A stretch of DNA of 64,000 nucleotides from Octopus vulgaris (lineage: Eukaryota). Under the pieces are notes generated by a model, which had not been told where the DNA came from, searched no databases, and worked only from the letters and a program-made list of their open reading frames with translations. Where the stretch lies: assembly GCA_951406725.2 (NCBI GenBank), contig OX597814.1, forward strand, positions 202,864,001 to 202,928,000, read 5' to 3'. Positions 1 to 11,991 of the stretch are shown one piece after another; the stretch's first letter is position 1, and every line of letters starts with the position of its first letter. The translations under genes were made by a program, and so were the position numbers.

Positions 1-210
1 TGTAGCTGTAACTTACAACTGGGTTGGCTAGAATGTTGATAACTATTATCTTGTTTTTCACACTGAGCTCAGTTTTCAGTATTAATCTAATTCATCTATA
101 GTGTTCTTTCCTTATCTTCTCTTTCATTTGTGTGTGTTGCATCATATCAAGTTCATTGATTCCTAAGTATTTGTATGTCTAGCTTGGGTCTAATTCTCTT
201 ATTTCATTTG

Positions 211-363
211 CATCTATGTCCCTGTAACTTAACAGTTCAGTAAAAGAGAGTGATAGAATAAGTACTAAGCTTACAAAGAATAAGTCCTGGGGTTGATTTG
301 TTCAACTAAAGGCAGTGCTCCAGCATGGCTGCAGTCAAATGACTGAAACAAATAAAAGAATAG
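211..363 (+). mobile_element. SINE family A, 3' half only
   Basis: Matches the 3' half of the full copies at 28084 and 61400 (gatagaataagtact...ggcagtgctccagcatggctgcagtcaaatgactgaaaca). Confidence 0.85.
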
Positions 364-1308
364 TGAGTAAAATAAAATTTGTCGCAAATTAAGCATACCC
401 AGTTCTGTGATGTATGTGCGTGCATTTATATGCATGCACATGTATGCCATATGTGCATGCATATAAAAGCAAAAGAAAGTGACAAAAAATTTTCAATTTT
501 GTTATAAAACTTTGATCAATGTTATAGGGAAGGCTATTGAAATATGAAGAAATAAAGACAGAAAATAGTTAATTACTTATTGAACTCATTTGTAGATTCT
601 TCTGGTTTCTTTTGATTTTATGTTTTAGTGATTGAGAAGAAGTGTTACGTTTTATCTTTGCTCCAAACATTGGTATATGTGATGCCACTGGGAATCAATC
701 TCACAGACTTGACTCTCAGGAAAACATCCAAGAAAAACGAAATAAACAACTGTGTAATGTTGACTTCCAGTAATCAGGAAATAAACTATTTAATGTAATT
801 CCTACAATAATTCCTATTGACAACAAAATATTTTTAAAAACACATAATGATGTCTTGGAGTTGATAACTTAGATAGTGAAATATTTTTGTTTTGTATTCA
901 CTAAAGATCACAAGAATATCATCGACTTTGAAGAGTTCTCCACCACGGAAATTCTCAGTCTGGAAGACTCTTTCAGGAGACACACTTTTACTTTTTTAGT
1001 TTGCTTTTTTGTCAATTACCAATGACAATACTACCACCAACACCCGCAAGAATACAATAAATATTATCTTGGCAATCCATTTCTTGCTCTTTCATCTTAA
1101 AATACCAGCTCAAGCATGTTTCTTATACAGTTTCACATTTGCAAACACTATAGATTCTTTCCATAAGGGCAGTGTGTGTGTGTGTGTGTGCTTTGTGCTG
1201 TATTGAATTTCTGTAACTGCATATCATATAGTTCAAGATGCATTATTGTGAGAAAGATATGAAATTCAAATTGATATAAGCATGATTGTCATAATGGCAA
1301 ATTGCAAA

Positions 1309-1329
1309 TTTATTTACTTTTTATTTATT
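1309..1329 (-). promoter_or_regulatory. Three AATAAA hexamers, candidate polyadenylation signal of the minus-strand gene
   Basis: tttatt on + at 1309, 1320 and 1324, about 250 nt past the proposed stop codon. The hexamer is common in AT-rich DNA. Confidence 0.3.
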
Positions 1330-1573
1330 TCCTAATCTACATATTTCAATTTAAGTAATGGGAAAGACTGTTGCTGGGAAAGATAGCTAAAAATAGATCA
1401 ATGCATTAAGATATATGTATATATATATATGTGTGTGTGTGTGATGGAACAAGAAAGTGTCAAAGTACTAGCATGTTGATGTTTTAAATATCAACAGCTC
1501 CAGTTTCGACCGATTCGCTGAACTATGAGGCTATCGACTGTGTTGTATCTTCTTCTAACTAATAAATGGTTTT

Positions 1574-1646
1574 CTATATTGCAATCATAAATTGTGTGAT
1601 TAATGTGTTGGACAATATAAATGTGCCAAGCAGTATATTTGGAAAC
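1574..1646 (-). CDS. Putative terminal coding exon, hydrophobic C-terminus (W)FPNILLGTFILSNTLITQFMIAI*
   Basis: Strong acceptor tttgggttttgtttttgctttcag|G in non-repeat sequence. Phase-2 entry matches the phase-2 exit of exon 16356-16209. Stop TAG at 1576-1574. Confidence 0.6.
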
Positions 1647-2457
1647 CTGAAAGCAAAAACAAAACCCAAAGAAATATGTTTGTTTTAGATATATGAATGA
1701 AACGCTGGGTTCGTATGAAGCAGAAAAGTTTTTGGAAATTAGTGGTGTCAATAACAATGACGAGTGAAGTTTTCACAGGAGCAAAGTGAGTAAAGAGAGA
1801 GGAAGGCTGTAGCCAAAGTATCTGTAGATGGAAGAAATAAAGTAATTTATGTTGTCATGACACAGTGACAGTTCTTTGAATAATGACAAATAATTAGGAA
1901 GTAAAGCAAGAATAAAAAGCAAAAATGGGCCCAAAGGAATCTACAGCAAGAAATACATTTATAAATATATCCTTTAGTCTGATTTTATTAGCGACAGCAT
2001 TTAAAGTGTTTCCTTCGAAACCTCACACGTTCTTCCCAACTGCTAATTTACAAGAACTCCAACCATAACTACATTAACATCACTTGTCTGTTCTTTATAT
2101 CTTAACAAAGGGATGAGAGAGACAGAGGACATCAAAATGTCAAGAATGTTGCTCACTCTGTGATGTTATGTGTGTGTGTGTGTTTGTGCAATAATGATAT
2201 CTAAAGTCAGAGATGTTGCCATTGTATAATTCTGATTATGTCTAACCTAGCAAATATGTGACAGGGCATATCAATGTGGTATCAACTCTTTGCTCTGAGC
2301 CCAAATCCTGCTGAAGTGAACTTTGCCTTTCACCCTTTAGGGGCTCAATAGAAAAGCACCAACCTTGGTTGGTGGAACGGTAAGACCATCATATCGGATG
2401 TCATACAGTATCTGTCCCATGTAAAGTATTGTAAGTTCAAATTTCATCATGTCCTAC

Positions 2458-2690
2458 CTATTTCTTTACTACCCACAAGGGGCTAAACACAGAGAGAACA
2501 AACAAGGACAGACAAACAGATTAAGTCGATTATATCGACCCCAGTGCGTAACTGGTACTTAATTTATCGACCCCAAAAGGATGAAAGGCAAAGTCAACCT
2601 CGGCAGAATTTGAACTCAGAACGTAAAGACAGACGAAATACCACTATGCATTTCACCCGGCATGCTAACGTTTCTGCCGGCTCGCCGCCT
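2458..2690 (-). mobile_element. SINE family B, near full length
   Basis: Reverse complement reads ggcggcgagccggcagaaacgttagc...gagttcaaattc (B-box-like)...gttgactttgcctttcatcc...aagtaccag. At least 9 related copies in the window. Confidence 0.9.
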
Positions 2691-2804
2691 AGGTAAACCC
2701 AGTCTGTTGCTTGGTGAAAATACAAGCACTGTATTTCTGCTTGACTAAAGTACTTCAGGAAAAAACCTTGCTATAGTTTCTTCTCTCGTGCATGTCAACA
2801 TAGA

Positions 2805-3135
2805 TGCAGGCATGGCTGTAAAATAAGAAAGTTTGCTTCCCAACCACATAGTTCCGGGTTCAGTTCTACTTTCAGCAAGTGTCTTCTACTATGCCTTCGT
2901 GCCAGCCAAAGTTTTGTGAGTGGATCTGGTAAACAGAAATTGAAAGAAGCCCCTTGTGTGTGTGTCCTTGTGTCTGCCCCATCACTTAGTGGTTTGGCAA
3001 AAGAGATCAGTTGATTAAGTACCAGGTTTAAAATATAAATAAGTACTGTGGCTGGTTTGTTCAACTACAATTCTTCAAGGCAGTGCTCCAGCTTGGCCAC
3101 AGTCTAATGACTGAAACCAGTAAAAGGTAAAAGAT
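2805..3135 (+). mobile_element. SINE family A, older copy with internal deletions
   Basis: tRNA-like head ending gggttcagttc, internal (TG)n, and family A tail. Confidence 0.85.
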
Positions 3136-3280
3136 AGACTATCAATAAAGATTAATAATTGCAAGTGAAATTTTTATTTTTGTCTCAAAATCTGAATTGA
3201 TTGTGATATGCGACGCTTACTTTTAAATCATAAGTAGTAATGTTTTATATGCATTGTATAATAATGATTAATGACAGAGG

Positions 3281-3532
3281 GAGGCAAGGTGGCTAAGTTC
3301 CTTTCGGGTGTCGGGCCTCATGGAGGCAAAGTCATTGAATTCCTTTCAAGAATTGGGCCTCATGGAGGCAAAGTGGCTGAGTTCCTTTCGAGCATTGGGC
3401 TTCATGGAGGCAAATTGGCTGAGTTCTTTTTAAGCATTGGACCTCCCGGAGACAAAGTGGTTGAGTTCCTTTTGAGTGCTGTGCCTCCCGGAAGCAAAGT
3501 GACTGAATTCCTTTCAAGTGTTGGGCCTCACA
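3281..3532 (+). repeat. 42-bp minisatellite, 6 units
   Basis: Units start at 3281, 3323, 3365, 3407, 3449 and 3491. Consensus is about gaggcaaagtggctgagttcctttcgagcattgggcctcatg, with no indels. Confidence 0.95.
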
Positions 3533-3832
3533 GAGGCAACAACCGAGACCTTTGGCATTATGTCATGCTTCAGAAGAAGACCCATCAAGCCAAGTAAAAT
3601 CGCAGTCATAGTAGATACTGGTGTCACACAAATGGCACCCATGCCAGTGGCATGTAAAAGCACCCATTACACTCTTGGAGTGGTTGGCGTTAGGAAGGGC
3701 ATCCAGCCATAGAAACCATGCCAAATTAAACTGGAATCTGGTGCAGCCTTTCAGCTTGACAGCCCTGGTCAAACCATCCAACCCATGCCAGCATGGACAA
3801 CAGACATTAAATGATGGTGATGATGATGATGA
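3510..3832 (+). mobile_element. Family C: 3' end of an RTE-like LINE or a non-autonomous derivative, with (GAT)n tail
   Basis: Residual peptides LGLTEA and NRDLWHYVM resemble the DRxxWR C-terminus of RTE ORF2. Followed by tggttggcgttaggaagggcatccag and a gatgatgat tail. Confidence 0.75.
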
Positions 3833-4290
3833 GTGAGAGCAGACAAAATTGACCAAAACCCCTAATGAAGCTGCTAGATCAATGACATCATTCGTTTTAA
3901 TTAAATGTAGCGACTGACTTTAAGTTTGTAATTATATATTTACTTTGGTTCAATTGTTACAATGTTTTCCCTGTTGAGAATGTCATTAACTTTATTTTTA
4001 TTTTAACCTGAAGCACCATATTAATTTAGGTAACAGTTTGCAGTATTTTAATTCAAAAATAATTGCTGCCAAAATATTTCCTTTTTAAAACGAAAAAGAA
4101 ATGTATTTCCATTCTTACAGTGCAAGAACAGTCTTTCATAGAAGTCACATTTCCCACAATTTTCAAACTAAATTAATTATATTCTCTTAATTATGTTCAC
4201 TTAATTGATAAGTGCTACTATAAATTAATCATTTTGTTAAATGAGAAATGAAATTGTTTGAAATTATGTTCAATAAATATATATATATAC

Positions 4291-4325
<35 letters not shown>

Positions 4326-4864
4326 AGTAGATAGAAAGAGTTGTCTGGCAAAGTATATAACTTCATTTATTTTATAAGATTCTTTTTTTTTTATGAAATA
4401 CATTTCTGTTATAAATCTATGAAATATGGATTGGAGGAGGAAACATTGAGTTCAGTAATATCAAATTAGTTACAGTATAGCCATCATGTAAATCATCGTG
4501 ATGATAAATCATTACTTTGTTCATGTGTGTGACTTGTATCAGTGTAGTAAAACCCATTGGTAAAACTGATCAATATTTTTTGTTATTGGGTAAAATTTTT
4601 ACTCTGTAAGTTTTTTTGCTTCCTTTGTTATAACAACAACAATAATAATAATGATGATGATAATGATAGTTATTATTATTATTATTATTATAAAATTTGT
4701 TTAGTTACATATATTTAGATCAAAAGTTATTGATACCTTCATCAATACCACATATAAAAAGAATGGAATTAGTTAAGTTGGATTGATTAATTGATTTTAG
4801 CAAACCATATTATAGAATGATCTGAAATATTTATTTGCTTGAAATTGAAAGCCAATTTTCTTTG

Positions 4865-5760
4865 ATACGATTTTGTAAATGAAGCGACCAAGGGAGGTCA
4901 CTGGAGATAGTGAGTCACAGTGTAAAAGATGAGTATGTCTTGATTCAAGTATTGATTATATAAAAGGTGGTGGGTATATAATACAGTGGTTCTTGCAAAG
5001 TAAACCATGTCTGGATGCGGGTTTTGTTACATGTTAACTCATTATTGAACCCCACAGAAGATTATGAAGGTGAACTCCATTGATGCTGAGACAGGATTAG
5101 AGGGGAAAAAAATTCATACTAGAATGTTGAATTTATAGGAAATTTTGAGCTGAAGGCAGGAGTGCACTAATTTGTCTGCTACAAAATGAGCCACGTGTTT
5201 ATGTCATGCACGATTTCAATTAGGCACTCATAGAGGTAGATTAATTAAATTGCTTTGTTGAAATAGGTGATAATTCTAGAGAAAAACTATGATTAATAAA
5301 TTGATAAGGGTTTGCCATCTAGGTAAGTGGATTCAGTGATACTTAAGAGATAATAACTTAATCAAACTACATCAGTTTGGTAGCCAAGTGGTACAATGTG
5401 ATAGAGTTGTGTGTGTTTAATGTAATTTGTCAGTGACCAAAGGAGCTGGAGACGAAATGTTGAAGACTTTAGCATGCCTGACTGATAGAATTATTTTGGT
5501 TTATAAGAGGAGGCTAGATTTGACAAGAGATGTCAATACCCAATTAACCAGGAGGTATGAAATGTTAACCTGAACTGCAAGCTGTTATTTCCAGTTACTT
5601 GGCAATAAAATCAGATATTAACCATGCAACTATGAATAAAAAGGGGAAAGCAGAGAAGATGGATAACCAAGTCAGACTGATGAGGTCTAACTTACAGATG
5701 TGGATATCTTCTTTGGCTTCCCATCATAGGTCAATATTGACTGTTCTTGTTCAGTAATCA
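4865..5760 (-). mobile_element. Highly degraded CR1/Jockey-group LINE reverse transcriptase remnant
   Basis: Minus strand gives TISSDLPWSLH (compare LGVTISSDLSW), with ISDF and FVADK fragments upstream in the expected order. Many stops and frameshifts. Confidence 0.45.
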
Positions 5761-7619
5761 TCTCTGGCAGGCTCTTATGTGAGCTACATGACCTTTTCTT
5801 CTGAAGCTATCTGATGCAATGGAGAAGTGTTGCCTCTCGTGCTCTTTCCTATTCTCTCTGTTGTTTCTCTTCAATGGATGGAATTATGAATTTCTGCAAT
5901 TCATAGTGCCACAGGGCCTTCTCCTCCCATGTATCTGGGGAGATGCCAGAGTTCTTCACATCTCTTTTCAGCTCGTCCCTGTATTGCAACCTCCAACCAC
6001 TATGGTTCTGCCTGCCCTGACAAAAGATTTAAGATTATACTTTTCAAATAAAGGAGGTGACAGTCAATCTTTTGGTCAACCCAAGGAAACTGTTTCCAGT
6101 GATTTTATTTGTTTTCAGATTGCTGATAACATCTGTTGTTCAAAACTCAGACAGTAGTGTCGATGGATTTTGTTACAAGGTAGGGTCTGAACACTTATGC
6201 ACAGACCCAGAGCATATACCACCAGACATCCAGGACCAACAGGTATTGGAGGGGAGGGTTGGCAAAGCAGCAAGGGTCATAGTTTTGAGGTAGGAGAAAT
6301 AGGGTAGATATCCTCGTATGATTTTAGATTATTAAAATATGAAAGGTGAATAAAATATTTGCTGGTTATATGGTTTAGCTCTGACCAGTTCTGAGTGAAC
6401 AGGGCTATGATCAGACATTCTTGGAATCACCATCTCATAGTATCAGATATGTGTAGTTTCAGAGAAATTTGGTTGATATTTCTAGTAGGTCCTTCAACAG
6501 TTTAAAAGTTCCATCAATAACTCATGCCTCTTATTATTCAATTAGAGTCTTAAAATTGTAATTTCTGTACAAAACCAAGGCAAAAAGGGTTTGTTTCTTT
6601 GGTAAGCTGCACGACTCAACTTTCAATGACCACCATCTTAATTTTACTCTGTGTGTGTGTGCACATGTGTGTTTGTGTATCTGTGTGCCTGTGATTGTGA
6701 AAAAAAGGGCTTGATATTTCTTGCTATTTCTGCTGATATACCTGTATTCAAAGATGTTATCTGCCAGCAGATGATTTGGTAAAGAATTAAGAGATGGAGA
6801 ACGATAAGGAATAATGCGATAAAGCGATGGAGATAAATCAGCATTAGCAAGATGATACAATACAAAGCTTTCTTTAATTAAATTTTATTACCAACTTGTG
6901 TATAATTATACACACTTTTATATTTCACCAGTGAATTCTGAGATATTCACAGAATAATTCATGTCTTTCATTACAGAATCTATTCTACTTCTTAAACAAT
7001 TGAGCTTCTCGGAGTTTTTACTTGGTTTTAATGCCAGCCCCTCACCCACAAGTGCTTTTAACGGATTCACACTGTGAAGACATGTAGCCTACTGGTTAAA
7101 GTGTTGCATTTACAATCACAAGGTTATGGTACATTTGATTTCCAGATCAGGCAGTGTGCCATGTTCTTGAACAAAATATTTCAGTTCATGTTGCTTTACA
7201 ATCACTTTGGCACTTGATGCATGGTACCCTCTGCACCTGTACAAGTGGTGTCAATTTTATTGAGGTTAGGGTGAGGTAATGTACCTCAGAAGCATTCCAT
7301 TATATTAACCGCATGTCAATGGTTCTTTTTTACCAGGCAACAAGGTTGCACTGACAGTAATCATCTCGACTAAGATCAGCAATTAGTGCACGACAAGGGT
7401 TCAGCATGTATTTACATCAACCGCTTTAAAGCATGCACTGTTTATTTATGTGAACTGTCATCACTGTGAAGACTATAAATTCAATGAAACTGGTGTAGTT
7501 GGATGCAACTGTAAATTCCATGAAGGGCCAGAAGAATTTGCTGAATGTGCACGAATTTGATAGGAAGTCATAGTGGATATGGTGGTGTAACTGCTAGAAC
7601 TGCTGCTTTTATACTATTA

Positions 7620-8009
7620 CTAGCAGTATCGCCCTGCATTGCTCGGGTTTGTTTCGACCCTTTAGAATTGGAATTTTTGAAAAGTAAACATTTCGCATTA
7701 TGTAGCTTGTTATTCTCTTTAAGTGAACATTTTTCTGGTTGAAATACACCGAAAAATGGTGACACAGCAGTCAAAAAATCGTAAAAAATAGGGATTTTCA
7801 TAGAAAAAAAGCACCTTTTTGATGTAAATAATTTTTGGTGTTAATGTGGTCCGATTTGAATTTTTTCTTCTATGGAAGGAAGAGCAAGCCTTCTTCTATC
7901 ATACTCTCAATTTTGATCAACTTGCACCACAGGGTCTCGGAGGAGATAGTGTTATTTGAAGGCTACCAAATCTGTCATACACAGACAACTTCGGCTTTAT
8001 ATATAGAGA
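7620..8009 (-). mobile_element. Non-autonomous Helitron (390 bp)
   Basis: Minus strand A|TCTCTATATATAAAG...CCCGAGCAATGCAGGG (hairpin)...CTAG|T. It has a 5' TC, a 3' CTAG, an A|T target and no TSD. Confidence 0.85.
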
Positions 8010-8208
8010 TGAAGTCTCAAACTGAGTTGGAAATATTTACATGAAAAACCTAACAAACCTTTCAGATTCCTTGAAATTTGCAAGTTAGCCTCTATTATCA
8101 ATTCTATGAGTGATAGTGAATATTTATATCAACTGGTACACAAACAAGTACAAAATCGCAGTAGATAGGGTTGTGTATATTTTCGTCATCTGATTCAAAG
8201 TGAATACA

Positions 8209-8590
8209 CATCATCATCGTTTAACGTCTGTTTTCCATGCTAGCATGGGTTGGACAGTTTGACCAGGGTCCGGGAAACCAGGAGGCTGCACCAGGCTCCA
8301 GTCTGATCTGGCAGTGTTTCTACAGCTGGATGCCCTTCCTAACGCCAACCACTCAGTGAGTGTAGTGGGTGCTTTTTACATGCCACCGGCACAGGTACCA
8401 GGGGAGGTTGGCAGCGGCCATGATTGGTTGGTGCTTTTTACGTGCAACCAGCGTAGAAGCCAGTCAAGGCAGCGCTGGCATCAGCCACGTTCGGATGGTG
8501 CTTTTTACATGCCACCGGCACAGGTATCACAACTACAATTTCCATTTGATATTTATTTTGATGTTGATGTACTTGACTCAATAGGTCTCA
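8209..8590 (-). mobile_element. Family C RTE-like 3' end with internal tandem units
   Basis: catcatcatcgtttaacgtc tail on +, the ggatgcccttcctaacgccaacc core, and repeated ggtgctttttacatgccaccggc units. Confidence 0.9.
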
Positions 8591-8827
8591 GTGCATGTAA
8601 ATTTACATCAACCAACATTATGGGGTTAACAACACATCAGTGCATGTTGTTCAGTAAGAAATTGTGAAACCCTCAACTATCATTTACGACAAGAGAGTCC
8701 ATCATTTTGTTGCAAGTATTCAAATCAGGTTTCTGGTGTGAGGGCAACTTCTCCTCTTCCTTCTTCCTATCAGTCTTGAAGACCTTTAAAAGGGATCTCT
8801 AGTGATGCACTTCCTCCCAGGAGTAAA

Positions 8828-9045
8828 ATATTGGTTTCAAATTTTGGCACAAGTCCAGCAATTTTTTAGGAGATGGGTATGTCAATTGCATCAAGCCCAC
8901 TGTTCAACTGGTACTTATTTCATCAATCCTGTGGGGATGAAAAGCTAAGTCGACCACAGCAGAATTTGAACTCAGATCATAAAGATAGACAAAACGCTGC
9001 TAAACATTTTTCCTGATGTGTTAACAATTCTTCAAGTTTGCCATC
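8828..9045 (-). mobile_element. SINE family B, alternative-tail variant
   Basis: Family B core with the tail read on + as tattggtttcaaattttggcacaag. Similar copies near 9575-9740, 14185-14390 and 44756-44980. Confidence 0.8.
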
Positions 9046-9789
9046 ATAAGTAAAAGATGAAGTAAAATATTAACAAAATAAAACAAAAACTGTGATGTCT
9101 TATGTAGCAGCACGTCAGTTCCTCACCCCCTTGCTGATTCTAGAAGAAAATGGATGTGATGGTCATTGCTGGAACGTTTGTGATCATATGTCTACTCAAA
9201 CAGGACTGACCCAGGGTTAAACAAAAACAACGACATTAGAAGACACTTGCAAGAGAGACATGATCAGTGGGGAGATTCCAAGGGTATGATATTCTGGGGA
9301 GGAAGGACTTTGCATAAGGGTTAGTGTGGGTGGGCCCAGTGGTTTGTATGCAACCCAGTGGGTTGTATGAGAAGAGAAGAGAGAAATGGGTCAGGGGTAC
9401 GTGTGTGGAGGAAGTACAACCAGTCAGATTTAAGGAAGAGAAGCCACTTTAGTTGCAATGGAAAAGACAGAGAGAGGAAACGGTAGACCTGTAAGCCAGA
9501 GGCTGGAACGAATGAGTTAGTGATTTAATGCTTAAATAACCACATTAGTCATATATTGTTTATAGTCATAATGATATTGATTTCAAATTTTGGCACAAGG
9601 CCTGCAATTTTGGGAGAGGAGTCGAGTTGATTAAATCGACCCTAGTTTTCAACTGGTATTTATTTTATCAACACTGAAAGGATGAAAAGCAAAGTCAACC
9701 TCAGTGGAATTTGAACACAGAATGTGTAAACAGACAAAATGTACATAATATCAATTAATCCACTGAGATGTTTTTAAAAAAATTGAACT

Positions 9790-10012
9790 AATTAGAGTCT
9801 TTACATGGTTACTCAACCTGCTAGAAATGGTAGCCAAATTTTTCCTAAATCATACCCTACTTGTTTTAAAAACAAATGAAGGATACACTGAATAAGGAAG
9901 TCTTAGATACAGCGTCTGGAAAATGGATGCGAAAGTCATAGCTGGACCATTTGTGATCATATGTCTACTCAGACAAGGCTGACCCAGGGTTAAAAAACAA
10001 CAAAACAACAAC
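9790..10012 (+). mobile_element. Old dispersed retroposon 3' end with (CAA)n tail
   Basis: ctcaacctgctagaaatggtagccaaa...gctgacccagggttaaaaaacaacaa. Related copies near 6365-6520 (-), 9146-9235, 40595-40800 (-) and 57090-57210. Confidence 0.65.
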
Positions 10013-10887
10013 ACAGACATTAAAAGACACCTGTAATCTCCACATTGGCAAAAATCGATTCCAAGACCAGATAACATCGGTGTTTAGTGAGAAGAGTTAA
10101 AATGTTCTTCAGACACATAAAGTCTATCAGGGGCTTTTAAATGTATATTCACCTTGACTAATATCCACTTCATTTTCAAAATGACCATTCCATTTAAATA
10201 GTTATTCTCAGTAGAGATATAACGCTAAAGCATCAAGCTGAGCTTCGGCAGAAGTTTCTATAGAATATCTAAAATATCATGACAGGTTGATGTAATGTTC
10301 TTTACTCCAGCAACCAACTATTTGCTTTAGTGAATAACAACTTTTCAGCGAAAATTCAAAATTCTTGAATGCCTGTGAGATTTAGTGCTGTAAGCATTTA
10401 GGTTAAATTATTTGGATTTAAAAAAAATTTATTATTACTATTATTATTATTTGATGCAGTTACTGCATTGTCTGTAAAGTCTATCTTAGTTATTCTTTCA
10501 CCAAATGATTGTGGAAATGATGTTCAATGACTGACATTGAAATATATTGATCAGCAGTTATTTTTTTATTGTGTATTATAAGATGTAACTTTACTCCAAA
10601 ATGTGAACTATTTATATATTGCTGAAAGTGGAAATGCTTAAACTCTCATGTAGTACTTTGGTAGAAGTTCTTTGTTTACCATCATCCCCAGCAGTTTTGG
10701 AAATTTATGAGAAGAATATGAATTAATACAGGGTGGGCATGGCTGTGTGTTTAGGAAATTCTCTTCCCAACTACATGGTGTCAGATTCAGTCCTACTGAG
10801 TGGCACCTTGGGCAAATGTTTTCTGCTATAGCTCCAGGTGATCAAAGCTTTGAGTGGATTTAGTAACTGGAAACTCAAAGAAGTCAT

Positions 10888-10922
<35 letters not shown>

Positions 10923-10961
10923 GCTTGTTTTCATTTACACAGAAAGTTGCCATGTATAAGT

Positions 10962-11301
10962 GCTGAGACCCCTTCGGTCATGACTGACCATGGGATTGCA
11001 CCAAGAAAGTTACCCTCCCAGGCACAAGTCCAAGCAAGGTTGTTTGTGGAAGACCGGCAGTCGCCCATGCATATCAGCCCCCCCCCTCTCCATGCCACCA
11101 GTGTTATCCAAGGGAAAGGCAAAGGGGCCAATACAGCTTGGCACCAGTGATGTCGCAACTCATTTCTACAGCTGAGTGAACTGAAACAACATGAAATAAA
11201 GTGTCTTGCTCAAGAACACAACATGCAGCCCTGTCCAGGAATTGAATTCACAACCTCACAATCATAAGCTCAACGCTCTAACCACTGAGCCATGTGCCTT
11301 C
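10962..11301 (-). mobile_element. tRNA-derived SINE family R1 with 13-bp TSD, nested in an older SINE
   Basis: A box tggctcagtgg and B-box-like gaattcaattcc on the minus strand. Perfect TSD gccatgtataagt at 10949-10961 and 11302-11314. Possibly one of the octopus OR-type SINEs. Confidence 0.9.
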
Positions 11302-11794
11302 GCCATGTATAAGTAGGGTCATTGTTTTTGTTGTCATTTTTATGAACAAATCATGTTTGTTTCATGCATGGATGATGTAAGATAACCCTTACTTGAAAGA
11401 TAGGGAGGTTAGCAGAAAGAAGGGCATCCAACTGTAAAACAATGTCTATAATATATTACTCTAGTCCTTGCTTTCATGGAAATACCAACATAAAAATAAA
11501 TGAATAATGTTACAAAATTATCTAATCTTCTAGTTTGACATCACAAGATATCTACAAATCTGTGATTGACTTCACTAACCCAAAACGTTTGGTTGGTAGA
11601 CACCCTACCACACACACACACATCTCCCTTTTTTTATTACTATCATTGATGTTTTGTATACTGTAATAGATAAAAGATTCTCTAAAATAAATTTATTAAA
11701 ACCCTTTTAAATTTATTTTTATTTATTATTTTCTCTTACAGTAAACACTAAATCTTTTAAAAGAGAAAAATATATCCTCTTAATACTATGTTAA

Positions 11795-11991
11795 CCCTTT
11801 AGCATTTAAACCAACAAGAATATTCTACCTGGTTTAGTGTTCAAAGCAGCCAGACCCAGCAATTTACACCTACCTTACACACCTTACTCTGTCATTGTAA
11901 AAGTAGACAATCCCATCATTAAAATCTTGAAGCTTCAAGATAACGCATGAGTAAGCATCACATTTGACAGAGGAATGTAAACACTAAAGGA
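11795..11991. mobile_element. piggyBac-like MITE, degraded
   Basis: ttaa|ccctttagcatt...acactaaagga|ttaa. Same family as 24964 and 60154, in the opposite orientation. Confidence 0.7.

Noticed and set aside
1491-1757. 88-aa minus-strand ORF from the track
   Set aside because: It reads through a clear splice acceptor. The frame compatible with the upstream exon is a different one.
3281-3532. CRISPR-like periodicity
   Set aside because: Units are contiguous and homologous over their whole length. There are no unique spacers or cas genes, and the context is eukaryotic.
11225-11301. tRNA gene (also the heads at 28084, 53601 and 61400)
   Set aside because: These are A/B-box SINE heads fused to repeat bodies. 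I could not fold a complete cloverleaf, and one copy has a TSD.
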